From Candidatus Omnitrophota bacterium (GTDB taxonomy: Bacteria; Ratteibacteria; UBA8468; B48-G9; JAFGKM01), in assembly GCA_016928555.1 (NCBI GenBank), contig JAFGKM010000021.1, positions 1 through 31,496 of the forward strand: a stretch of DNA of 31,496 nt, read 5' to 3'. Each line of letters opens with the position of its first letter. The first letter of the stretch is position 1. The notes beneath the pieces are model-generated. The model had not been told where the DNA came from and searched no databases. It worked only from the letters and a program-made list of their open reading frames with translations. Below are positions 17,755 to 24,727 of this stretch, piece after piece. Both the position numbers and the translations under genes were made by a program.

Positions 17755-17770
17755 TTTGCAGTTTCCTCTC

Positions 17771-18364
17771 TTAGCGGTAATACCTGATAAGCCCCGTGAC
17801 TCTGCCGATTATTTTCACCCTGCCGTCCACCGGTATCGGCTTATAAGCCGGGTTGGCCGGCTCAAGGAAAACCCCCTTCCCCCTGCGCATAAACCTTTTA
17901 ACCGTGGCTTCGTCCTCAATCAGGGCGATGACTATTTCGCCCTCCCTGCAGGACTCCTGCGGACGCACAACCACATAGTCGCCCTCGCGGATGCCCGCTC
18001 CGGCCATACTGTCCCCCTTCACCTTAAGAGCGAAAGTTTTCCCGTCCCCGGCGAGTTTTTCGTCAACCCTTATTTCACCCTCTATGTTTTCCATGGCAAG
18101 CTCCGGCTCGCCCGCAATTATCCTTCCGGCTACGGGTATTGACGGATACATGGACTTCCTCAACAGCCTTATGCCGCGCGACACCCCCGGTATGCACTCT
18201 ATGCATCTCTTGTTCGCAAGGGCTTTCAGGTGGTCCCTTACACTGCCCGTGGAAGAGCATGAAAACCTCTTCCCTATCTCCCGTATCGTCGGAGGATATC
18301 CTTTCTCCCTCACGGTTTTCTCGATATAGCCGAATATCTCTTTCTGCCTCTCGGTCAATTCCAT
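17771..18364 (-). CDS. lexA: LexA SOS repressor (S24 autopeptidase).
   Basis: The N-terminal wHTH (MELTERQKEIFGYIEKTVREKGYPPTIREIG) and C-terminal S24 domain carry an Ala-Gly cleavage site, catalytic Ser (KGDSM) and Lys (VKRFMRRGK). The start was taken at the internal ATG at 18364, which has a GGAGGGG Shine-Dalgarno sequence. The longer ORF extending to 18445 is upstream read-through. Confidence 0.9.
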   Translation of the reverse strand: MELTERQKEIFGYIEKTVREKGYPPTIREIGKRFSCSSTGSVRDHLKALANKRCIECIPGVSRGIRLLRKSMYPSIPVAGRIIAGEPELAMENIEGEIRVDEKLAGDGKTFALKVKGDSMAGAGIREGDYVVVRPQESCREGEIVIALIEDEATVKRFMRRGKGVFLEPANPAYKPIPVDGRVKIIGRVTGLIRYYR

Positions 18365-18389
18365 GGTTTTCCCCTCCGACATGACTATA

Positions 18390-18405
18390 CCGCACATTTG
18401 TGCGG
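18390..18405 (-). promoter_or_regulatory. Perfect inverted repeat CCGCACA-tt-TGTGCGG 26 nt upstream of the lexA start codon. It is a candidate LexA operator (SOS box).
   Basis: Seen directly in the sequence: 7-bp perfect arms with a 2-nt spacer, placed where an autoregulatory operator is expected. Its sequence differs from the E. coli (CTGT-N8-ACAG) and Gram-positive (GAAC-N4-GTTC) consensi. Confidence 0.4.
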
Positions 18406-18575
18406 CTGTCAAGGACCACAGGCCTGAGAAAACGGGTAAAGACATATCTGCCGCAACAATATAGGTAGTTACCGTCCGGAAGGATATGTTATCTGCTGCT
18501 GATTACGATAAAAACCGCCGTGGCAATGCCTGTAAAATTCCGTCCGCGGTCCTTGTCTTGGCCGCCGCCTCAAGT

Positions 18576-19217
18576 TCAACGCCGGAAGGCAATTCGTTTA
18601 ATACCGCCTGCACATTTTCGCCTATTTTTGTATCCCGTTGTTATTGCAGGCCCTTCGGTGGAGAATAGTTTCTGGCTTACGACTGTAAATCCTGCGTCTG
18701 CCATTAAAGTTTTAATGCCTTCCGGACTGAAATATTTTTCCGAATATAATTTTTCCGCAATCGTGTTTTCCAGAAAATCCACGACTACTATTTTGCCTCT
18801 CTCTTTCAAAATCCTGTTGCACTCCTTGAGTGCGGACAAAGGGTGGGCAATTTCATGCAGGGAATACAGGCTTGTCACCGCTGAAAAACTTCCGTTTTTA
18901 AAATTGTTCAAATTCTCCGCATCTCCTTTTACGCATCTGATTTTTGTCTTGATTTCCCGCGGGATTTTTCTTGCAGTGTCCTTAAATTTCTCGCCGTCAA
19001 TATCCAATCCCACAACATATATGTTCTCACTCCCGGCAAGATATTCAACAAGCCCGCATCCGCCGCATCCTATATCCAGCACCCGTTCGTCCCCGGAAAG
19101 GTTCTTCATGATGCCGGCAAAAATCTTGTCTTTCAATTTGCCGTAATAATCAACTTCTTCCCCCGCATCCTTTTTCATAACCTGTTTCCCGCCTTGCCTG
19201 ATACTTTCTCCTTTCAT
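18576..19217 (-). CDS. Class I SAM-dependent methyltransferase.
   Basis: 213 aa. Motif I is VLDIGCGGCGL, with an acidic residue after beta-2 (GLDID) and motif IV. Its ATG overlaps the groES stop (ATGA). Confidence 0.8.
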   Translation of the reverse strand: MKGESIRQGGKQVMKKDAGEEVDYYGKLKDKIFAGIMKNLSGDERVLDIGCGGCGLVEYLAGSENIYVVGLDIDGEKFKDTARKIPREIKTKIRCVKGDAENLNNFKNGSFSAVTSLYSLHEIAHPLSALKECNRILKERGKIVVVDFLENTIAEKLYSEKYFSPEGIKTLMADAGFTVVSQKLFSTEGPAITTGYKNRRKCAGGIKRIAFRR

Positions 19218-19498
19218 TCCGGAATTCTGTCTGATGCTTCATACTTTACCAGAAGGTCTTCTTCAGTCAGCAGTATATAATCTCTGCCTTCCATCTTGAC
19301 TTCAGCTCCGGAAAATTCCTTGTAGACAATCCTGTCTCCCACTGCAACCTCGTCAGTCGCATCTTTTGCGACTGCAATAACCTCGCCTTCCTGAATCTTT
19401 TCTCTGGCGCTGTCAGGGATATATATTCCTCCTGATGACTTGCCTTCAGATTCAAACGGCTTTACCAGAATACGCCCGTTAACCGGTCTTATTTTCAT
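19214..19498 (-). CDS. groES: GroES (Cpn10) co-chaperonin, with no adjacent groEL.
   Basis: 94 aa beginning MKIRPVNGRILVKPFESEGKSSGGIYIPDSAREKIQEGEVIAVA, a canonical Cpn10 including the mobile loop. The next gene downstream is a methyltransferase, not groEL. Confidence 0.85.
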   Translation of the reverse strand: MKIRPVNGRILVKPFESEGKSSGGIYIPDSAREKIQEGEVIAVAKDATDEVAVGDRIVYKEFSGAEVKMEGRDYILLTEEDLLVKYEASDRIPE

Positions 19499-19512
19499 AT
19501 GAACACCTCCTT

Positions 19513-20094
19513 TCAGGTTGAAAGAATTCTGTCAATTTTTGACTTGTCAAATCCTACTACCAGATTCCCGTCTATATCAATCTGGGGCACAGCCATCTGT
19601 CCGCTGCGCCTGGCCAGCCTTTCTGCTGCATTCTGATCGCGGGATATGTCCACCTCTCTAAAAGCAACGCCCTGTTTTCGCAGATATGTCTTAACTAATC
19701 CGCAGGCCGGACATCCAGGGCTTGAGTAAACGATTACCCTGCGGACCTTTTTACCCTTATCGCTTTTATGCAGAGACGGATGCGCCCCGCATAAAACCCT
19801 GGCATAAAACTGCGAACTTTCAACGCCTTCTATCCGTCTGACAGTTTTCCCGTTTTGCAGTGCCAGTACGGTGGGCACACTGGCAACTCCGAATTGTTTA
19901 TGCAGCCCTTTAACTTTCTGAACGTCAACGATGTATACCGGCATCCCGCTGTTTTCTTTGTCAAACTCCTCAAGTTCTTTGAGAGAGCGCTTCGCGTTTG
20001 GAGAAAAATCCGCATAAAATACCACCACCAAAAAAACCTCGTGCTCTTTTTTTACCTGTTCAAAATGCGATTGGTCTTTTATCCATTCAATCAT
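19513..20094 (-). CDS. Fusion of a thioredoxin-like domain (no CxxC) with a glutaredoxin/NrdH-like domain (CPAC).
   Basis: The C-terminal half (VIVYSSPGCPACGLVKTYL...VPQIDIDGNLVVGF) is a glutaredoxin fold with a CPxC motif. The N-terminal half is Trx-like, with FSPN in place of CGPC. The ORF-track start at 20118 is a TTG abutting the ferredoxin stop, and the ATG at 20094 (MIEWIK) with a GGGAG Shine-Dalgarno sequence is more likely. Confidence 0.7.
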   Translation of the reverse strand: MIEWIKDQSHFEQVKKEHEVFLVVVFYADFSPNAKRSLKELEEFDKENSGMPVYIVDVQKVKGLHKQFGVASVPTVLALQNGKTVRRIEGVESSQFYARVLCGAHPSLHKSDKGKKVRRVIVYSSPGCPACGLVKTYLRKQGVAFREVDISRDQNAAERLARRSGQMAVPQIDIDGNLVVGFDKSKIDRILST

Positions 20095-20118
20095 TGTGAA
20101 TACTCCCGTGTCTCTCAA

Positions 20119-20496
20119 TTATAATAATCCGGAGTCTTTCATTTTCTCAAGTTCCGCCAGCGTTTGCTCGGCAACAACCTTCTCTTTGTTCCAGTGTTTT
20201 ATCATTCGCCCCAAACACTTGTTTTTCTCCTGCTCGCTGCCGAGATGCTTTGCACAGAGCTCCATGAACTTTTTTGTCTCTTCTATGTTCACCTTGACAT
20301 CCTGCGGTATTTTTTCCCCGTCGTGACGGACTGCCTGCTGGGGGCAGACGCTGTGGCATGTACCGCAATGAACGCATCCATCCATATCTATTACTGCAAC
20401 TGCATCATTGTCGCCCGCCATTGAGATTGCACCCACAGGACATTTATCAACGCAAATTTCACACCCTGTACATTTTTCCTTATCCACCCACGGCAT
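20119..20496 (-). CDS. 2x[4Fe-4S] ferredoxin-domain protein.
   Basis: 125 aa containing CTGCEICVDKCP and CVHCGTCHSVCP, two CxxCxxCxxxCP motifs. Confidence 0.85.
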   Translation of the reverse strand: MPWVDKEKCTGCEICVDKCPVGAISMAGDNDAVAVIDMDGCVHCGTCHSVCPQQAVRHDGEKIPQDVKVNIEETKKFMELCAKHLGSEQEKNKCLGRMIKHWNKEKVVAEQTLAELEKMKDSGLL

Positions 20497-20540
20497 TTTA
20501 AACCTCCTCGTAGTTGTAAAGTAGTCTTTGTTTTATTAAT

Positions 20541-21911
20541 TCAAAAAACTCTGGATTTTTTCCTGCTGTGGAATTCCCAGAAAGCGCTTTCAGCCGCCAG
20601 AGCTATCGGTTCCTTACCCGGGTCAGGAGACAACTCCGGCTGGCCGGCGCATCTTAAAGTGGTCAAGTCCAGAACGTTTAAACCGCATCTTATTGCCAGA
20701 GAAATTACGTCAATATATCTTACAGGGCATTCGGAATCGCTGACTATCTGGCCGCCTATAAGCTTCTGGCTTTTTTTGTCAAATACAAGTTTTACGGCAT
20801 AAGGCATCCGCCCCCGTATCATTGAGTGCTTGCTTATTGATTCTTCCTTCGCCGTAACCACTTCAATTCCTTCTTTTTTTGCCTCCATTGCGGTAATTCC
20901 CGCACCCGCAATAGATTTATCAAAAAACTTGGTGCAAAAACTATTTACAAAGTGGGGGAATTTGATACCGAACCCTAAAATGTTTTTGGCTATGACTCTG
21001 CCGGAGATAACTGCATTGGGGCGCAGCTGCCCGAGTGTCGGCTTTCCCGTAACATGATTTTTATATTCTATAAGGTCCCCCCCTGCATATATATCAGGAT
21101 CGGATGTCTGTAAATATTCATTGACTTTTAATCCCTTTTCCCCGATTTCCAATCCGGCTTTTTTAGCCAATTCAACATTACAGCGGGCGCCTGCAGAGAT
21201 TACAACCATATCCGCATCTATTTTTTCCCCCGAGGTTAAAAAGACCTTTTCAACGCTGTCATTACCCTCAATTTCCGTTAACCTCTGATTCAGCTTCAGT
21301 TGAACCCCATGTTCCTGCATATACGCCTGTACGGATTCAGACATATCCGGGTCCAGAATATTTGACATAATATGCCCGCACATTTCAATAAGGGTGACCT
21401 TTAATCCCTGCCGGGAAAGCAGATAGGCCTTTTCAACCCCTATGGCGCCTGCCCCCAGAAGAACGGTATTCCTTACCCGCCTTGAATTTATCCAGTTAAG
21501 AATATTAATGGCATCGTCGCTTGAACGGAGGGTAAAAACTCCCTTCAGGCCAATGCCCGGGATTGGAGGAATAACGGGCTTTGCACCGGTTGCCAAAACG
21601 AGTTTATCGTACAAATAGGTGCTTTTTTCAGATGTTGTAACGGACTTTTTTACCGGGTCTATCGCTGTTGCCGCGGCATTTACAAGTTTTATCCCCTTTT
21701 CTGTAAATATACTGTCGTCTTTATAAGAAGGGTCAACCATTACGTCCCCGCAGCAGATATACGGGGTGGCACACCGCGTCAGGAGGCCTCTTTCCTGAGG
21801 CTCCCGGATGATGACCACATCAACAGAAGGGTCTAATTTCTTTATCATCAGGGCGGCTAATGCTCCGCAGCCCGAACATCCGATTACAGCAACTTTTTTA
21901 ACCTTCGGCAT
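20541..21911 (-). CDS. FAD-dependent pyridine nucleotide-disulfide oxidoreductase (NADH oxidase / CoA-disulfide reductase family).
   Basis: The N-terminal FAD motif is KVAVIGCSGCGA and the NAD(P) motif is VLLGAGAIGVE, with a C-terminal dimerisation domain. The start is assigned to the second ATG (21911, MPKVKK), which has an AAAGGGGAG Shine-Dalgarno sequence. The ORF track extends to 21935. Confidence 0.85.
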   Translation of the reverse strand: MPKVKKVAVIGCSGCGALAALMIKKLDPSVDVVIIREPQERGLLTRCATPYICCGDVMVDPSYKDDSIFTEKGIKLVNAAATAIDPVKKSVTTSEKSTYLYDKLVLATGAKPVIPPIPGIGLKGVFTLRSSDDAINILNWINSRRVRNTVLLGAGAIGVEKAYLLSRQGLKVTLIEMCGHIMSNILDPDMSESVQAYMQEHGVQLKLNQRLTEIEGNDSVEKVFLTSGEKIDADMVVISAGARCNVELAKKAGLEIGEKGLKVNEYLQTSDPDIYAGGDLIEYKNHVTGKPTLGQLRPNAVISGRVIAKNILGFGIKFPHFVNSFCTKFFDKSIAGAGITAMEAKKEGIEVVTAKEESISKHSMIRGRMPYAVKLVFDKKSQKLIGGQIVSDSECPVRYIDVISLAIRCGLNVLDLTTLRCAGQPELSPDPGKEPIALAAESAFWEFHSRKKSRVF

Positions 21912-21992
21912 TTTTCTCTCCCCTTTAATTTTCATGGTATGTTAAATTTGGCTGTGTTTTTATTTTTTTCTCCCTCTCCCTTGATAATATTG

Positions 21993-23636
21993 TTACTTCT
22001 GCAAGATATTTCTGTTAAAATACATGTTGCCGGCTACCATATACTGGAATTCCGTCCCTTCAAGCTCATTGGGCTTTGTGTGGCGGGCAAAAACGGCTAT
22101 TCTCTCGGCATCAGCTCTTCTCCTTTTTGAAAGAAGCATGTCTCTTGCCCCTGCCAGAGCGCCATTTCCGAACCTGACAAACTTATTTTTATCTATTGGC
22201 GGATATAATCCGATTTTCATTGCATTGGAAACGTCTATGAAATTACCGAATGCCCCCGCCAAAAATATTTTTGAAACATTGTCGTAGCTTGTTCCGAAAT
22301 ACTTGACCAGCAGGTCCTGGTCCGTACGCAGTCCGGCCTTGGCCATTATCAACTGGTTTATGTCATCCTGCGAAATAGACAACCCATCGGTTATCCGGTA
22401 AGGCGAGCCAATCCTCGCCCTTTCGTCCATAACTCCAATGCGCAGAAGTTCGGCGAGCAAATCTATCACCCCGGAACCGCAGACTCCCGCCGCAGGCTTT
22501 CCCCCGAGAGTGGCGTATTCCAATTTGCCGTTGTCCGACCACACGTTTGTTATCGCCCCTTCTACGGCTCCGACGCCGCAGCTTATCTGATACCCTTCAT
22601 AGGCCCCGCCGGCCGCACAGGAAGCAGTCATTATTTTATGCCTGTTTCCAATCACAACCTCTCCGTTGGTTCCTATGTCTATAATCATCTCTATATCGCC
22701 GCTTTCATACAGCCTTGTGGATATTATATCGGCCAAGCAATCGGCTCCTGCATGGCCTCCGATAAGGGGAGGTCCGTAAACCCTGGCTTCAGGGTTAAAG
22801 CTGAAACCCATACCTGAAGCGGAGAGCGTCACAGGCTTCTTGTCCGATGGTTCAAAAGGCATGACCGCCAGCGGGCTCGGGTCCTGTCCGCAAAAAATAC
22901 TTCTCATTATGCTGTTTCCGACAATAACAACATCATAAATATATTTATTTATTGAATCAGCCGCAACCTTGAGATTTTCTTCCATTTCTTCAAGACTGCT
23001 TTTTATGCCGTTAACCACAACCGCCTGAAGTTCTTTTAAACCGCCTTCGTGGGTCATGGCATAGCCGCCCCTTGAAATTACGTCGTTTCCATAAGCAATC
23101 TGAGGGTTTTTACTGGCGATAGTTCCTATGTTTTTGCCTGTCTCCAGGTCTACAACCTGCATTACCAGAGTGGTTGTTCCTATGTCTACAGCCAGCCCCA
23201 GCATCCTGCCCTTGTAACTTCCGAGCTCTTCCCCTGTGTGATAAAACACCTTGCCGTCTTTTCTGAAAACGCAGGGAGAAATTTCAACGCCCGTATCAAT
23301 ACTTTCAGTCAGGATGGTGTATTTCCCGAAATCCCTGATAAAAATTTCAATGTCGGAATCATCCCGTGCAACTCTTGCCTGGCAGGCCAGTCTGTATCCC
23401 GGCGTCAATTTTGCCCTGTCAAGAAACTTCTGTTCGGCCGGTGTAATTTTCGTTAATGAGGACAATCCTTTTTCAACCCTTATCAAGTCTTTCTCGCATC
23501 TCCCCTGTCCGCCGCACTCACTGTTAATTTCTATGCCGCCCGCACGCCTTATATGTTCCAGCACTGTCCGGCCTACAACAAGATTTATCCCTTTTTTTCT
23601 CCCTGTCTCATACTGGGGGAAATACATCTTTCCCAT
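21993..23636 (-). CDS. RACo-like protein: N-terminal 2Fe-2S ferredoxin domain plus an ASKHA-fold ATPase (DUF4445-type reductive activator of corrinoid / metalloenzyme family).
   Basis: 547 aa. The N-terminus (INSECGGQGRCEKDLIRV...LACQARV) is a plant-type 2Fe-2S fold. It is followed by LAVDIGTTT, an ASKHA phosphate-1 motif, and further actin-like ATPase motifs. An AAGGAGG Shine-Dalgarno sequence lies upstream. Confidence 0.75.
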   Translation of the reverse strand: MGKMYFPQYETGRKKGINLVVGRTVLEHIRRAGGIEINSECGGQGRCEKDLIRVEKGLSSLTKITPAEQKFLDRAKLTPGYRLACQARVARDDSDIEIFIRDFGKYTILTESIDTGVEISPCVFRKDGKVFYHTGEELGSYKGRMLGLAVDIGTTTLVMQVVDLETGKNIGTIASKNPQIAYGNDVISRGGYAMTHEGGLKELQAVVVNGIKSSLEEMEENLKVAADSINKYIYDVVIVGNSIMRSIFCGQDPSPLAVMPFEPSDKKPVTLSASGMGFSFNPEARVYGPPLIGGHAGADCLADIISTRLYESGDIEMIIDIGTNGEVVIGNRHKIMTASCAAGGAYEGYQISCGVGAVEGAITNVWSDNGKLEYATLGGKPAAGVCGSGVIDLLAELLRIGVMDERARIGSPYRITDGLSISQDDINQLIMAKAGLRTDQDLLVKYFGTSYDNVSKIFLAGAFGNFIDVSNAMKIGLYPPIDKNKFVRFGNGALAGARDMLLSKRRRADAERIAVFARHTKPNELEGTEFQYMVAGNMYFNRNILQK

Positions 23637-23688
23637 TTTACCTGCCTCCTTATATAAAAAAATTTTTATTGCATCATCTCAATTTGAC

Positions 23689-23716
23689 TTGACAATTACC
23701 CTCTTTAAGTTATAAT
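23689..23716 (+). promoter_or_regulatory. Near-consensus sigma70 promoter (-35 TTGACA 23689..23694, 16-nt spacer, -10 TATAAT 23711..23716) for the arsR-ferredoxin operon. It overlaps an AT-rich repeated element (TTATAAT-TATA-TTATAAT) that is a candidate ArsR operator.
   Basis: Both consensus hexamers are perfect. The ATTATAAT element is self-complementary and occurs twice across the -10 region. Confidence 0.6.
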
Positions 23717-23752
23717 TATATTATAATATTAGAATGTTTGCAAGGGAGGATA

Positions 23753-24046
23753 ATGTATAACAGCAAATACAGAGAGATTTCTGATTTTTTCAACGCCCTT
23801 TCCCATCCGGTACGGGTTGAGATAGTTGCAGAACTGTTGAACGGGCAGAAATGCGTAAGCGATATGAGGGAACTTATAAAGGTAAACCAGCCTAATGTGT
23901 CCCAGCATCTTTCTGTTTTGAAATCGGCAGGGGTTGTTGACTGGGAGCAGACAGGCAAAAGAAAATGCTACTTCTTAAAAAACCCTGCCCGGCTGAGAAA
24001 AATTTTAAATTCTATGAAGGAGAAAAAAAATGTTTCAGGCGGATAA
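23753..24046 (+). CDS. ArsR/SmtB-family metalloregulatory transcriptional repressor.
   Basis: 97 aa from the ATG at 23753, with a GGGAGG Shine-Dalgarno sequence. The track ORF starts at a TTG at 23738. The wHTH is ALSHPVRVEIVAELLNGQKCVSDMRELIKVNQPNVSQHLSVLKSAGVV, with a Cys in helix alpha-3 (CVSD). Confidence 0.85.
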   Translation: MYNSKYREISDFFNALSHPVRVEIVAELLNGQKCVSDMRELIKVNQPNVSQHLSVLKSAGVVDWEQTGKRKCYFLKNPARLRKILNSMKEKKNVSGG

Positions 24047-24356
24047 GGAAAAATGCATAGGCTGCGGCGATTGCGCCAAGGTCTGTCCCGTTAAGGCAAT
24101 ATCAATAGAAGATGACAAGGCAGTCGTCAGCGATAAATGCGTTGATTGCGGCAGATGCGCCCAAGTCTGCCCTGTTGGAGCAATTTATCCCGTGGCAGTA
24201 AAACCTCAAAATTTCTATCCCGGCCCGGGTCAAGGATTTCCCTTTTCGCCCTTCGGCGCAGGAGGCGGCCAAGGAAGAGGTATGGGAAGGGGAAGAGGAA
24301 TGGGCCGCGGCCCCCGAGCCGGAAGGGGCGGAGGCAGAGGCGGCGGAAAGCGGTAA
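24030..24356 (+). CDS. 2x[4Fe-4S] ferredoxin with a C-terminal Gly/Arg-rich (RGG-like) tail.
   Basis: 108 aa with CIGCGDCAKVCP and CVDCGRCAQVCP. The C-terminal tail is GAGGGQGRGMGRGRGMGRGPRAGRGGGRGGGKR. An AAGGAG Shine-Dalgarno sequence lies upstream. It overlaps the arsR-family gene end by 17 nt. Confidence 0.8.
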   Translation: MFQADKEKCIGCGDCAKVCPVKAISIEDDKAVVSDKCVDCGRCAQVCPVGAIYPVAVKPQNFYPGPGQGFPFSPFGAGGGQGRGMGRGRGMGRGPRAGRGGGRGGGKR

Positions 24357-24368
24357 ACCCGCTTTTTT
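24347..24368 (+). terminator. Putative intrinsic terminator after the ferredoxin gene.
   Basis: The hairpin is AAAGCGG-taaac-CCGCTTT followed by TTT, and the stop codon TAA lies in the loop. Confidence 0.5.
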
Positions 24369-24687
24369 CATAGTATTATCCGGTCAGGAAATTTCCGAAC
24401 CCCGCATAAAATCTGCAGTTATTCGTGCATTTACTGCCAGATTGGAAGAACCCTTAACATGCATGCCGAAAGAAAACCGTTCTATAACCCGAAAGAGCTG
24501 CCAAAATCCGTGTAGAGTGTCAGGCTTTAGACCTCTCTTGATAGATTTCATGGCACAACTTTGCCCCAAAACCAACTCGCCCTTTTACTCTGTTCCAGCA
24601 GGGATTCAAACTGCTCCGGAGAGGAATGAGAACATGCAGAATTATTGGTAACCTTTGTATATTTTCGAAAAAACAATATACTGTTAC

Positions 24688-24713
24688 GGTAAGTAATTCA
24701 GGTTAAGTAATTC
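24688..24713 (+). repeat. Tandem direct repeat GGTAAGTAATTC / GGTTAAGTAATTC 15 nt upstream of the antiporter start.
   Basis: The repeat is seen directly. It lies at the 3' end of a ~370-nt untranslated leader (24357..24727). Confidence 0.6.
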
Positions 24714-24727
24714 GGACCGAGGAAAAA

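Noticed and set aside
18365-18445. N-terminal 27-codon extension of lexA in the ORF track
   Set aside because: The extension contains the promoter/operator palindrome and has no Shine-Dalgarno sequence. The internal ATG at 18364 has a GGAGGGG Shine-Dalgarno sequence, and from there the protein aligns with LexA N-termini.
24384-24651. ORFs of 63 aa (minus strand) and 69 aa (plus strand) in the antiporter leader
   Set aside because: They overlap each other on opposite strands. They lack a Shine-Dalgarno sequence and any recognisable motif. The region is more likely an untranslated leader.
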